From Anthoceros angustus (lineage: Eukaryota; Plantae; Anthocerotophyta): 64,000 bases of DNA. The stretch spans positions 1,240,001 to 1,304,000 of the forward strand of contig MU008168.1 in NCBI GenBank assembly GCA_010909165.1. The letters are read 5' to 3'. Below, piece by piece: positions 49,959 through 63,885 of the stretch. Position numbers and translations under genes: made by a program. Position 1 is the stretch's first letter. Each line of letters opens with the position of its first letter. The notes under the pieces were generated by a model, which saw nothing but the letters and a program-made list of their open reading frames with translations, was not told the DNA's origin and did no database searches.

Positions 49959-52900
49959 ATGGCCAAGCAGCGCAAGCAGAAGCAGCGGGATGGGAAGGGG
50001 GACGCAGCGGCCGCCGCCGGGCCGAGCGTGACGCTGCGCCACCAGAAGCTGTGCGTGGCGATCGACATGCACAGGAGGCGGCTGGAGGGGTAGGGATCTG
50101 CCGGAGGCCTGAATTGGGCCTCACTCAATCCAGCGGCAGCTGGAGCTCCAGTGGCAGCTGCAGCTAGGGTTTGGCGCCTCTGAGCTGGGCTGGGCGTGAC
50201 CGTGAGCTCGCCTTTCTTTTCTGCAGGCACACGGAACTCACGGTTGCGTGCACCAAGGGGAGCGTGATCGGGCTGAGCGCTAGGGGTTTGCGCCTGGAGC
50301 GCCTTCTGGTGGATGACAAGCCCGCCAAGTTTGAGTTAGTGCAGCAGAATGATGCGGCCGCTGCCGCCGTGGTGCAGGGCGAGGTTCTCACGCCCGTTCA
50401 GGCCGCCGATGCTGCCTACGCCAAGTATATTTCCTTGCTGCAGGCGGAGACGGTGCCTGATGTGCTTATCCACACGGCGGAGGGCCGGGCCGGGCCTATC
50501 ACGGGGCCCAGGGCTGAGCCCAGTGCGGGGGGCGCGGCGGGGGAGGCTGCCGCGGAAGCTCCTGCTCCCCCTGCCCCCGTGGAAGGCGATGCGACAGAGG
50601 AGGTGAAGGTTGTGTGGGTGGAGTACTGGGTGGAAGAGCCTGAGCTGGGAGCTTATTTTGCGGGCGATACAATGCACGTGAATACCCAGCAGCGCCATGC
50701 TCGGTGGTGGTTCCCGTGTATGGACTCTCCGTCGCAGCGATGCAGGTTGCCTGCCTTTCTTTTCTCTCCGTCTGTCTGGAGAGTTCGGTCAGGTTGACGG
50801 CTGAGCCGGCTGTGTGTGTTTGTGGTGATGCAGCTACGATATGGAGTTCACAGTTGATGCCAATTATTTCGTTGTGAGTTGTGGGGAATTACTGCACCAG
50901 GTGGGGTGTCTCAGTGTGCTGTGTGGCGATAAGTGTTGCTGCTGTGGGAATTCGTCGTTTGAAGGGGTGAAATTTCTCTCGGGCAGGTATCCAGTGCAGA
51001 GAATCCTGGGCTCAAGACATTTGTATACCATCTTGGCGTTCCCACTGCTGCCAATTTCATTTCCCTCGTGGTGGCGCCTCTTACGGAGGTTCCAGATCGC
51101 CACAACTCATCCATCTTACACTACTGCATGCCGGGTGGTGACAATGTGGCTAAACTCGAGTGTACCATCAGCTTATTTCATTCAGTCTTTAGGTATTTCG
51201 AGTTGGTTGCTTCATAGACTTCTGCATTGTATGCCCTGCTTGTTGTTCACTGTGGCTGTCAGTGACATTATTTCTACTGTACGTCCAGCTGGTTTGAAGA
51301 ATATGTGGGTGCCTCGTTTCCCTATGCTTATTTCAAGCATGTATTTATCAACACAGAGTCTGCAGTTTCGTCAGTCTGTGTCTCTGCGTCAATGACTACT
51401 CTCAGTTCTTACCTTTTGTTCAATGAAAACATACTTGACCAGGTACCTATAATTAGGCTCGTTCTTTAAGCTAGTGGTGGTAGCTATGATTCCAACAGTG
51501 TCCTTTTAGTGCTGAAAGCAGCAGATTCTGTTCTCTGACGCATCTGCCACATTCTTACATGTTCTTGAAGGCCGTAGAGACTCGGTTGAGATTAGCTTCT
51601 GCGTTGGCTCAGCAGTGGTTTGGTGTATACATAACCCCCGAGGCACCCAGTGATGGTATGAAGTTTGCTTGCAGGCATTTTCCATGAATTTGAAATGGAG
51701 ATATACACATTCGCTTTAGGCATATGCGTCAATACTTGCGCTTAGTTAGAAGCTGGTATCTTATGGATGCAGCATGGCTTTTGGAAGGCCTTGCTGGCTT
51801 TCTGACCGACTTGTACGTCAAGCGCACTTTTGGGAATAATGATGCCTGCTATCGACAATACAAGGTGCAAGCTTCACTTGATTACATACGTTTGAAGTTG
51901 AACTGGCTCACTCCTTTTAGATTTGATAAACATGTTGCTGTGATTCATTTCCAATTTGTGGCTCTAAGTATGCAGCCATCTTCTAATTTATGCAGGCGAA
52001 CGAGGCTGTATGTCGGGTTGATATTGACAATGTCCCTCCACTTTCACTTTCTGCATCATCGGGCATTGACCTGTATGGGACAGAGAAATATGGATCCCTC
52101 GGAAAAATTCGAGCGTTCAAATCAGTGGGTCTTTCCAGCTATCACAATTCTCTGAGGTTGCTTTGTTAAGTGTCCAGTCTGTCAGGCAATGTCTGTAGCT
52201 TGCCAGGCTGCCATCTATCTCAGAGGCACATTTGGTTGTTTCCTTTCTTGCTGTCACTGAATAGGGGATTCTGATTGGAGAACTTGTCATCAAATTTCTT
52301 GGCGTGTCTTAGTTCTAGACCCTCTGGGTCCCGTCCATCTCGTTGGCATGTTTGATCGTTTCCTTTCTTGCTGTCACATATGGCATTCTGATTGGAGAAC
52401 TCGTCCACAATTTTTTTTTGCATTGTTCTACATCCTATGTTCTAATCAGGCAGTTGTTCTGGACAGTTTGCGATTGTACAAATGCTGGAAAAGCAAATGG
52501 GTCCCGATAGCTTCCGAAAGGTATGCTGGACAGCAGACACTGTTGTTTACAGGTGTGGCGGCTGGAGTTGCTTTGGTATTCATGACCTGAATGTGTTTAC
52601 AGATTCTGCAAAGGATAATTATTAGGACTCAAGAGGACAACTCGTCTAAGGATACTAAAGACGCAAGAACTCTCAGCACAAAGGAAGTAAGATAAGCCAG
52701 AATGTCATTATGGTTGTCAGAGCTAGTCTGAAATATATTCGCCCAACAAGAAGCATCTTTGAAAGCACATTTTAACAATGATGCTTCTTGTAGTTCCGCC
52801 ATTTTGCCATGAAGATAGGAAATTTGGAGCGCCCTTTCCTTAAAGATTTTTTCCCCCGGTGGGTGGAGTCACAAGGTTGCCCCATTTTACGGTTTGTACC

Positions 52901-55900
52901 ATACTTACTGATTGAGTTTCAAGGACCTGCAAAATACTTAATTTGCTAGAACATGGTTGCAGGTGTGCCGTAGCCAATGATGTTTTTTACATTCGAAAAC
53001 ATATGATTCCGTGATTATTCATTTATCACCATCTTTCGACTGAGGCTATGGTTCAGCAACTCTGAAGCTTGTTCAGTAGGTCTTGTTCTTATCAGCAGAT
53101 GAAGTTGCTGAAGACATGGTGTGTCCATATTTGACAGATTGGGATATTCGTACAACAAGAGAAGAAACATGGTAGAACTTGCAGTGCAAAGAGATTCCAC
53201 AGCCTCGTCTGACGCATCGCGTGCAGGCAAGGATGAAACAGATGATGGCAGTCTGAAAAACATGCACACAGGGTGGCCCGGGATGATGAGTGTGAGAATA
53301 CATGAGCTAGATGGGATGTACGATCATCCTAGTCTTCCCATGGCTGGGGATCCCTATCAGCTTCTGGAGCTACAGTGTCACTCAAAACTGGCAGGCCGTC
53401 GCATACCGCGTCCCAAGAAAGGGAGCAAAGTTGATCCTAATGAAGATGTTGTTGAGATTGCAACCCAAAAGTAAGGAAGAAGACAATCTAGGCTCCATCC
53501 ATGCCAGTCAATTTAGTTTAAATCAAGGGTTTTGGGCATGTAGACAAACAACCCCGATCCCTTCAGGTGCTATGTTTGTAAACCTGTGAATTTCTTGTGC
53601 AGCTTGGAGTCCCCCCTATTGTGGCTACGGGCAGATCCTGGGATGGAATATCTGGCTGAAATCCACCTCTATCAGTCTGAACAGATGTGGGTAAGGGTTG
53701 CAGAAGTTTTTCTTGCTGTTGGTGAACAGTCATTGGGAACGCATGTTTTCCTGCTGAAGAGGCATGTTCCTGATGTCCGGAGGGGTTGTCTTGCCTCTGT
53801 CAGATAAACCAGCTGGAGAGAGAGAGAGATGTGGCTGGACAAGTGCTCGCAATCAATGAGTTGCGGGCTCTTCCTCGACCTTCTTTTGCTGTAGTTACTG
53901 CTTTGAGCAATTGTCTGAATGATAGCAAGGTTATGATCCCTTTCTTTCATCTTGGCTGAATTGGTCATGGGTAGCTTGCCCAGTAGAATTGAGCTCCGAT
54001 TGAGCTGACGTGAGCACATACAGGTCTTCTGCAGGGTGCGGATTGAAGCTGCTTCAGCTCTTGCAAGCACGGCTACAGAGGTTGGATATTTGGAACTTCA
54101 GATCTTGGCTTGCAAAGTTTTGCTCTGCAGGCTCTCTCAGTTTTAGCTTGTCGTTGCAGACTACCAACTGGGCAGGCTTGTCCCATCTTATCAAGTTTTA
54201 CAAGAACTCTTGCTTTGATCTTGACCTGGGCCTTCCAAAGTATGACTCTGCACTATTTTCTATCATGCACTTATGTGGATGATGTGGGACCTTCTTCAAG
54301 ATTATCTCTGGTTTTATGTTGCCATGGAATTCCATCTTGTTATTGTGGTTTTTGCAGGCCTAACGACTTCCAAGATGTAGCGGAATACTTTGTTCTTCAG
54401 GTGAGGACTAGTAGACTAGATGAATGTGCATGAAATGTGTTAGCTCATAACACCTTCCCACCCTGAACTTTTGATTATTTGGGCACTTTACTGGTGCATA
54501 CAGCTAGCGTTGATTCTCAAGGGCATGACAAACCAGTTTTCTGTATTATGGCTGTAGGCTATTCCTGGGTCTGTTGCAGCAGTTCGGGGGTCAGATGGGA
54601 AGAGTCCTCCTGAAGCAGCAGAGTTTGTGCTGCACATTTTGAAGGTCCTTTCTCATTCCAGTTGCTGTGCTACCTATCGTTTGCTAGAAGAAGTTGAAGT
54701 TGTCCTGATATCGTCATGTGCTTGCAGCATAATGACAATAGTGGGAACATGTTCTCCGATGTGTTCTGGCTGGCGTCTGTCATAGAATCTGTGGGGAACT
54801 TCGCCTTCGGCCAGCAGGTATTTTGTGTTTCTTGCTCAATCCACAATTCAATTGCAGTTCACCTGTGGGACCTGCACCTTTAGCTTTCAATGTTGTGTCA
54901 GACAACGAAGATCCTCTGCAAAATTCTGAAGCAAATTGATCACTACCTGCAGTATGACAGGTATGTCTAGAATGTGTGTTGCCATTTCATGTTATGGTCA
55001 TGGACGCTGACAGTGGACTGTTGTTGATCAAATGGTTGGATGGTATCAGGATCGTGTCAAGTTTCAATGGGCTTCTGACGACCAGCTGCATAAGGACATT
55101 GACCAAACTTTCTTTGAAATTGCCTGATCCCTCTTCAACGGTAGAGAGCCTTCCTTCTGAGATGATTAAAGCGAACTTGCTTCGTCTTTGTTGGGGCTCT
55201 GTGCTTGGAGATAATTGACTGGATGACGGTGTCCTCGGTGCTGGATTTCAGAATAAGATGCAACAGATTCTTTTGCCACTGAAGGATGCTGCGTCCACTG
55301 AACAAAAGGTGCGAGTGGCTGCATTACGAGCTCTTCTAGACATCGAGTGTCTGTGGAAGGGATATGATGCGGCTGTGAGTTTGGCGATGGAGTTTGTTGC
55401 AACTGAACCATCGTTAAGAGGTATTGGACATAGTGCTGTAAACTTCAGATTTTGCATATCTTGTTGAGAGGCACACATATCTTGACGTAAAACACTTCTG
55501 TGTATTGCAGTGCAAAGTAAGGTGTTCTCGCACCTGTTTAGAACTGCCTTTGTCAGGAAGCCCACCAGCGTTGCGGATGTCACCGTCCCAACTTTGATGG
55601 GCATTCTGCGATTTCTCGACAGCAATGCTGCACTCCGAAATGTTCAGCTTCGGCATGATACCTTTGGTCTTCTCCAAGTCCTTGCTGGAAGGTGATTTTG
55701 AATTTACGCATGCTTCACAGAAGTTCTGCTGGCTCCATGATTGAAGTGTTGCTTATCACAATCCTTCGGTCTCCTCACGAGGCTGGTTTGTGTGGTCTGC
55801 AGACCAGCTACGTTATACCGCCTCGACACTTTGGCAGGCGTCCAGGCACAAAAAGCTGACGACACTCCTGCACCAGCGAGGATGGTCATTACTCCTCAAG

Positions 55901-57105
55901 TCCGACCCATGAAACCGCGGGATCTTTCGAAACCAGTTCCTGCTGATAGCCCTGCCACTCCCATGGCCCCCTTCCGCCTCGAACCTCCTCGCCGTATACG
56001 TTTGGTAAACAATATGCGCCCGGGCATCTCGAAGGAGGCAGAATCAACTCCCACACATAGCGCTAGTAGCTCAGGAGGGCCCAGGCAGATGGATGACAAG
56101 AGGACTGTGGGAAAGGTGAAATTGCGCCTGAAACCATCCTTAGATGTTATCAACCAGGTAGAGGCTGCTTTGAACCGGAGTCCCCCTCTGGGTGTGGGGA
56201 CGTCTCCAGTCCGTGACGAAGCTCACAGTCAATTAGCGGGAGGAAGGAGCGACCACAGCATGCCTGCTGAGGTGATTGACGAGGGCAGGCGTGTAGATAC
56301 TAGGACTAAGGCGGAGGAGGATCTTCAGAATGGGCAAGGTCTGATGCGGCTCCTGACTGATGATAGCCCTGTTCGTAGGGAATCTGTTGGTGGATTTGGA
56401 TCTGGTCGAGCTGGTAACCTACATGGTGCCCATACCTTCCGAGATGAGGCAGGAGGGTCGGAGTTGGAGCTTGGTGAAATCCCATCAGACAAGCCTGATG
56501 AGGGGGCAGGGGTAGGACAGCTGCAATCCTCCACCTGTCCGGCTCCTTTTCAGTTGGGGCCTGCTAATTTGCCTCAAGGAAATGAAGCTGTGCCAGGCAG
56601 TGAAACCTCTCCACCGACAGGGGAGAAATCTCACCGCCAGGACAAGGAGAGAAAGGAGAAGAAAGAGAAGAAAGACAAGAAGGAGAAGAAGGAGAAGAGG
56701 GACAAGAAAGAGAAGAAGGACAAAGAAAGCAAGTTGAAGCAAGATCAAATGGACGGGGAAGGTAAGGAAGACAAGCACGATAAGAAGGAGAAGCACAAGC
56801 ACAAGCGGAAACGAAAGCATCTGAAAGAGGAGGGGGTAGCAGACGACGGGGCAGGTAAGGCAGACAAGAAGAGGAAGAGAGAGGAGGAGGAGGGCGATGA
56901 TGGAAAGAAACACCGCAGTGAGAAGAAAAAGCTCAAAGCAACAAACGTAGTGTCCCAAGGGTCTCAGGGGCCGAGTGATGCTGGTGGCATAGTAGGCAGT
57001 GTATCGGCGGGCACAAAGCCCACTCCGAGTGCTTTAGACATAGGCGGGGAGAGCAATAAAGGCAACCCTGATGGCATCCTTCGTTTGAGAATAAAGAAAT
57101 TTTAG
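49959..57105 (+). CDS. TAF2: Transcription initiation factor TFIID subunit 2 (M1-aminopeptidase-like fold), ~24 exons
   Basis: Exon 1 MAKQRKQK...[19 protein letters not shown], with a GT..AG intron to HTELTV. Later exons read [83 protein letters not shown] and HNDNSGN. The last exon has a Lys/Glu-rich tail ending LRLRIKKF*. Confidence 0.95.
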
Positions 57106-57604
57106 GAGTAAAACCAACCTGTGAAATGAAAGTTGTCCAGGACTCGGGATACGAAAGTTGGTGTCGAGTCCAAACTCTAAGGCAGGAAGCTGGGAGGAAG
57201 GATGCAAGGGTGCCGCGAGGGTCCGGGAATGCATCGAAACATACAGCTGTCGCGGAGACAGAATGACACCCTGTTGCAGTCTCAATGGGGCAGTTTAAAG
57301 CCTCTGGTCGCGAGAAAGACTCCGAAAAGACGACGTCTTTGAGGAACTGTAAACACAGAAAGGTCACGCGTGGCAGATAATCGATTTTTTCGTAGTGTAT
57401 TTTATATTTATTGAACACATTAAAATTGATATTTTTAATAATAAATAAGGAAGATGCCCCACACCAGAAGACCCCATTGCATGCATACCAGGAGAGGCCG
57501 CCGGGCCACGGGGGCTATGAGAACAAAGTGTATGTATTCACCCTAGAAACAAGTGACAAGGGAGATGTCCGGGCTCATATGTGTGTGAAGACACAGGAAT
57601 CCAT

Positions 57605-57820
57605 ATATGTGTCTTAGGCCAAATGGACACACATTTATAAGAATGTGATTATTAAGCATCCTGCGCTTGGATCGGTACTTAGATGGGGTGCCTAAAGGGA
57701 ATGGATGCCCTTGGTGCAAGTAGCTTAGGCATACCATGGTACAAGTTGTTAAGTACCAAGTCCAATGACGGAAATCCGTCCTTAGTGGACTTAAATAAAA
57801 TTCTTCTTCTTTTCTTCATA
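57605..57820 (+). repeat. ~215-bp repeat, right copy, ending AATAAAATTCTTCTTC
   Basis: Reverse complement of 49400-49620. Confidence 0.9.
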
Positions 57821-58349
57821 TGATGAAGATAGCATTTCTACTATGTGAGGAATACCCAGGTCAGATGAAGTAGATGAAGCATGTTTTCCGTAAGTGTCTG
57901 TGGTGCTAAATGACATATTTATGTAATTATAATATTATAACTTATAAAATATCCTGGTCAATATGATACAAATATTTTCTCAGGAAGCGTGTGGACAGTT
58001 TTTGAGGAGCTTGGCAGGGATGATTACACCTATTTTGAGATAGTGAATGAATTAAATGAAGAAAAAAAATGATATTAAGTAACATTTTTGGGCTAAAATT
58101 CTGAAGTTAACTTAACTCCGCAAACTAGTTGCTAGGGTGTATTTTTACGCTGGAGGTTTGGACTCTATGGCCATTATACCTAGACATTGCATATGTCTCC
58201 ATGCAATTCACGGCCCAAAGATTTGTTAGCAATGATTTGTTAACAAATCTGAAGCATTATGTGAAGCATTATGATTGGTTGTTTCTTACTTGACCATGAT
58301 ATATGAGCTCCTCCCAAGAGCAATATGTAATTAGATACGGATTTGCATG

Positions 58350-59045
58350 TGTCGAGATCACAAGCATAATCGGCATCAACATACGCTATATGCTGTTCAT
58401 GTTAACTTCACTATGTCGAGTGTATGCTTGAACATCAAGTCATGTATGCATAGTTCCTGTAAGATATATGAATATACTCTTCACTGATATCCAATAATAT
58501 TCATGTCCAAGGTTCTCCAGGAATTGTGAATAAGAGCTAACTTTAGAAGCTATACCTGGTCTTATAAAATTGCTTCAATACATTAAAATGCCAACGGCAT
58601 GTCTATATGGAACTACTGACATCTCTATCTTCTCTTGAGTTGTCTTTGAACTCACATCTGACATAAGCCTAATTACTACTAGCGAAAGGTGTGGGAGGTG
58701 GTTTAGCATCCTCAAATCCAAACTTAGCTAAACACTCCTTAATGTACTTGGTTTGAACAATGCTTAGAGTCTTATAACTATGACTTCTACTAATATTAAC
58801 ACCAAGTGCATACGTGATCTCTCCTAAATCAGACATCTCATAAAGAGTCCTTAACTATGCTTTAGTTTCTGTTGGAAGAGTAGGGGATGATGTAGCCATA
58901 AAAACATCATCAACATAAAGTAGGGGATAAAATATGTCTGATAGCTTAAGGCCATGTACGCCTTTAATTAAGTGGCATACCCAATCCTCTTTGTCTTTAA
59001 CTTCATAACTCTCAAGTCGTATAGCGGGATGCAAGCGGGCCACCT
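58350..59045 (-). mobile_element. Ty1/copia reverse transcriptase remnant
   Basis: VCHLIKGVHGLK, LLYVDDVFM, YEMSDLGE, QTKYIKECLAKFG, AVGILMY and RPGIA, with stops and an internal deletion. Confidence 0.85.
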
Positions 59046-60209
59046 CTTTATTCCGCTTGCATTTAAATATATGGGGCGATAATCGAGGACTTCGATAAAT
59101 TTCTGAAGTCTTGCGCCAAAGCTTACCGGTTCTCCTACAGACGTCCTGCCAAATAACATGCGGACTACCTACCTATTGCGTCTCGAGATGCGATCTTGTC
59201 TATTCGGACTCCTACGTCCTACCTACTTCCTTCACATGCAGAAGTCATTATTCCATCAACCTCCCATACAAAACTTCTCTACCATAATCTTTTGATATTT
59301 GCCTCAAGTCCTTTCGCGTTTTGCCAAAAAACTCATGTGACCAAACTTTTCGGTTTCATACTTGGCCCAGACTTGTAGAAGCCTTGTTGTTGCCGATGGT
59401 GGAGGTGGCACAGCTAGTGAGGATGGTGACAACGGGCACAGCTAGTGAGTAAGAAGCTGAATCCAACTCTCATGCTTCTTATACACAGGCTAGGCTTACT
59501 GTGTTCAAAATAAAGTTGGCCCTTGCGGCATTCGAAAAAAAGGTATTGGGAGGCAAGCGCTTGTTTTTGGGTTTTGAAAAGTCTTAAGACCGATGCGCAC
59601 ATAAATGATGTCATGTGGTGTCATGCACAGGACCAGGGTTTGCCATTGCTACTGAATGTTTGTTTCTATAAGGCACCCATTATGTTACGTGCAGCAGTGG
59701 AAGCTGAACAGATAGTGGATACGGTCAAATCTCGCGGATTTAGGTTCACGTGCACCTGTTCTGGCCAAGAGCACAAACACGTACAAGCTTGGAACATGTA
59801 CGGGCGCCCGAGAGGACAAAGAGTACTTCGCGCTTAAGTAGCCTCAAACATTTAGCCTATGACAAGAATAACCAATTGAATAAATAATGCTCCACATTGT
59901 TGTCACTCAAATGCAGGTACTGACTTGATTTAATATCATATGTGAATTTAGGACGATGTGGTCCACGGTCTAATTCTCTCCCCGTCTCGGATAAGCAATC
60001 AACTATCATTTTTTCATGCTTAACAGATCCACAACTTGTCTGTATAACATTCAGCATCCGGTGAACTACTTTTACAATAGGTCTTATATGACATATGTAG
60101 TAAAGTAGATCCTACTTATTTACAGCAGGTCCCATTTACAATAGATATTATAAGGTAGTTTTAGATGACTTAATAATTAAAATAATAATAATTGTCAAAC
60201 AATGCCCGT

Positions 60210-60420
60210 ATTTACAAGATTCAAGATTTATAATACTGTTTACAAGATTAAAAAAGGAATTATATTGTAAAAAAATACCAGTACTTACAATACACGCAAT
60301 TTACAATACTATGTACAAGGTCAAAAAATGAATTATGTTATGAAATAGTATCTATTTTTATAAGACAAACGATTTACAATGCTCTGTACAAGATCAAAAA
60401 AGGAATTAGGTTGCAAAACT
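60210..60420. repeat. AT-rich ~73-bp degenerate tandem repeat, ~3 copies
   Basis: TACAAG..CAAAAAA.GAATTA-like text recurs three times. Confidence 0.6.
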
Positions 60421-61640
60421 AACTTCAACCGTAAACAAACCCCACCGAAGCTAAATTACAATATGGAAGTACAACAAAATATAAAAATATTATTTTATTA
60501 ACTAAAATTGAATTTAATATAACCATGCGAACCTCTGAAATGATTTAGCCAGCGTTATAATAAGTATAGCTATCTTTCGTCAATAGCCGTTTGGGTTTTA
60601 GGAAGAAAAAAAATGTCCAAGTGACCTGGTTGTAAATCTCATTTTGGCTTGTAAAAACCCTTCATTCTTGTAGTGTATGAGACTACCTATATGGCCACGA
60701 GTCGCTTGTTCTGTATGGAGCCTGCAACAGCTGAGGAGGCAGCTCACCCGGAGACCGCTGTAGAGTCTCCGGGAAAGAAGGAAAACTTCTCATCATGAAC
60801 GGCCCTCTGATATGAAGCACCTCGTCTTCATCTCACCAACACTGCAGTACAGTGTAGACACATTCTTGTGGCATGTAACCCTAGGCCTAGATGTGAATCG
60901 TTTAGTTTGCAGTCTGCAAAGCTGCATGTGTGTCCGCCACGGTTCCTGTATGTCCCTTCTTCTGAATTAGAGGAAAGGGAGGCAGTCATGACCGTGATCG
61001 TCGAACACGTCTTGGTGGATCGGCATTGGCGTTGGCACTTTCCGAGATCCTGTTTTGTGTTTGCCCATGGTCGATCAAGGATGGTGTAGGCTTGGTCTTA
61101 CCAATTTCCAGGAGCGGGATGCTGAGCAGGTAGTTGAGGCAAGGCATGTTTTGGCCTGGAATATTATGCGTCGATTTGAGAAATTCAACAACCACCAAGG
61201 GGATAGTGAAACGTCGTTGCAGATTCCAGCGACAAGTGGCCATGGTGTGTAAAAAAGTGGAGACTTGCAAGTCCGTCAAATGTTGTGCAAATGCGATGCG
61301 CGCGGGAGGGAGGAGGGTTAGCTCTGTTTGTCGCCCCAGGCCGGGACTGTACACCTTTGAAACATCTTATAGAGCTCCGTGAATCCGCGATGAAAACAAA
61401 ATGCGCAGGAGGAGATTAGAAGTGATGCTTCATCCTGCTGCGCACGCTTTACTCAAAGCTTCCGTCCAAAATTATTGTTGCTATATAGCCTAGCGCTATA
61501 GGTGCAGATTGCTGCGGTCAGTTCAAGAATACATGTTCAAACAAATCTTGCTTCCAGTGGCCTACTTGCAGCCAAGCATCTACAGACAATGTTTCTCAGC
61601 ACTAATGCTCACAAGATGAACATAGTCTGGTAACAATTTC

Positions 61641-62981
61641 CTATTGTTGCTTCCAGCTGCCGAATTGCAACCAAGGATCCACGCAGACACAACTTTTCCT
61701 CCCAAACTGCTTGCAAGGGTAGGAGGGAAGCCACCTCCAAGCCGCAGGCGATTGGCGCAAACCGAGAGCCGCCATCTTGTCCTCATGGTCAACATCGACA
61801 GGCCGCTTGATATGCTTTTGGTCCTGCATGAAGTATACTTCGTCCTGCCCTGCCACGATATTCATATTACCGGCAAACTTGACGGTGAACTTATCAATGT
61901 CGAGATTGTCCCGAAGCAGGCCTGCCCCTGCGAAAGTAAGGAGCATGGGAGCAGGCATGGCGGCCGCCACGGTCCAGGTCATGCGCGCCAAATCCAGCTC
62001 CCAGATCTGCACGCACACCATTCCTTCACGGGTGGCCGCCTGGAGGTCCCGCCCTACGGCCAGGCACAGCAGCCGCTCCCGAACCTTCATGAGCCCCTTG
62101 ACGACAAGTAATGTGTGGGAGAGGGGAGGCCTGGCCACAGCCGTCCAGCTCCACCTGCCCCGCTCCAGATCGTAGGTCACCAGATTGCAGTCATCGAGGG
62201 CGCCGGCCAGGCAGTAGAGCACGCGACCCACAAACACCCCCAGGTGACTCCCGCGCCGGTCTAACATCCCCTCGGGCACCTCCAAGGGGCTGCTCGTCTC
62301 ACACCATGTCCCCAGCGCAGAATCGAAGACGAAAGTGGAGACAGGTTTTTCCCTCTCCGCGGGACCCTGCCGAGTGTCCCTCACCGCCACCAGCTTGAAG
62401 CAGCGCGCCCGGTCATCCACGAACAGGCCGCGCAAATCCGCCATCTTGAATTGACCTGGAAGGGCCGGCACGCGGGCCCAGGACCGCGCCAGCGGGTTCC
62501 CCACATACGTTGTGCCCATCTCCCCCGCCTCCTGCTCCGTCGTGGACCTGAGGCACATGAGCACGCCGACGCCCCCGAATACTATTGGGAGCTCAATCCA
62601 TACAATTATTCGAGACTCGGAGACTAGGGGTGGATCGGAGACGTGGGACGCTAGGGATGGCATCCATGATAAGCTCTCGAACTTGTACCAGGTGTTGGAG
62701 GCGGGGTCATAGGCACACGAGGCGTCATACACCTCAGATGTGGAGCCTATGACGAATAGCATCCGTTCCCGCTCTCCCCCTCGCAATTCTAACCGCTCAT
62801 GCCAGAAACCCCGCGACGATATTGCATCCTTCCACGCTCTGCATACGGCACGCGACCGTAGCAGGCTTCCTGGCGGAAGCTTTAGCAGGATCGTGATCAG
62901 CAAGTCTTCATGCAGCTGGCTCCACACATCTACGCTCTCCACCGCATCCATCCCGGATTCTAACACCTTCTCGGCATCCAT
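61641..62981 (-). CDS. F-box/kelch-repeat-like protein, intronless, 446 aa
   Basis: Intact ATG-to-stop ORF with F-box VWSQLHEDLLITILLKLPPGSLLRSRAVCRAWK and the same C-terminal motifs as 4944-6524. Confidence 0.92.
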   Translation of the reverse strand: MDAEKVLESGMDAVESVDVWSQLHEDLLITILLKLPPGSLLRSRAVCRAWKDAISSRGFWHERLELRGGERERMLFVIGSTSEVYDASCAYDPASNTWYKFESLSWMPSLASHVSDPPLVSESRIIVWIELPIVFGGVGVLMCLRSTTEQEAGEMGTTYVGNPLARSWARVPALPGQFKMADLRGLFVDDRARCFKLVAVRDTRQGPAEREKPVSTFVFDSALGTWCETSSPLEVPEGMLDRRGSHLGVFVGRVLYCLAGALDDCNLVTYDLERGRWSWTAVARPPLSHTLLVVKGLMKVRERLLCLAVGRDLQAATREGMVCVQIWELDLARMTWTVAAAMPAPMLLTFAGAGLLRDNLDIDKFTVKFAGNMNIVAGQDEVYFMQDQKHIKRPVDVDHEDKMAALGLRQSPAAWRWLPSYPCKQFGRKSCVCVDPWLQFGSWKQQ

Positions 62982-63560
62982 CGAGGATCCGAGCTACTAC
63001 GTGTCCATCCCAGACCCTAGTACCTCTGCGTCATCTCAATTGAACCTTCTCCCTCTGCATCATCTCAAACCTTCACGTTGCCGCACCCATCCCACACTCG
63101 TGTGTCCACCCCAAACCCTAGCACTTCCACATCCATATAAAACGCACTACATGTCAAACCTCCCGACACCACCAAGGTGACAAGGCTAACTATAACAAGC
63201 ACGAGGCTCTACGGTTGAACAATACCTCTGAAATATCAGTCTAACTTAGGATCCTCTTCTTCGGGAAACATGCACCCACAAAGACACAGTTGCCCTCGTC
63301 GGACCGCTTACAGAATTGCTTATGACCGCAGCCTCTTGCAGAAATTTTATTGCAGGGTTCCAAACCATTCATCCCCCGACACTTTCCAATAAAGGGCCAT
63401 GGAAAAAACTTTAAAAGCAAGAATAAAAAAATTAATCTGCAATCCGAAGTCAATCAATAGCATCTACGGTTTCATATTTATTTCCCGCTATATAAATCAT
63501 AAAAATAATTATTATTTCTATATAACATATACTTGGCCAATTTTTAGATAAAAATTTAAT

Positions 63561-63885
63561 AAAGTCTATTCACCTTGTAACGAAGTCTATTCACCTCTTA
63601 ATGAAATCTATTCACCTTTTAACGAAGTTTATTCATCTTTAATGAAGTCTATTCACCTTTTAACGAAGTCTATTCACCTTTTAACGAAGTCTATTGACCT
63701 TTTAGCGAAGTCTATTCACCTTTTAACGAAGTCTATTCACCATTTAACGAAGTCTATTCATCTTTTAACGAAGTCTATTCACCTTTGAATGAAGTCTATT
63801 CACCTTTCAACGAAGTCTATTCACTTTTTAATGAAGTTTATTCACCTTTAATGAAGTCTATTCACCTTTTAATGAAGTCTATTCT
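63561..63885. repeat. 21-bp tandem array (AAGTCTATTCACCTTTTAACG), ~15 copies
   Basis: Head-to-tail units are directly visible, with no unique spacers. Confidence 0.95.

Noticed and set aside
60690-61200. Additional PPR gene
   Set aside because: Only faint motif echoes (VLAWN, CTTGTTCTGTATGG), too weak to call.
63561-63885. CRISPR-like array
   Set aside because: Units are head-to-tail 21-mers with no unique spacers, there are no cas genes, and the context is eukaryotic. It is a minisatellite.
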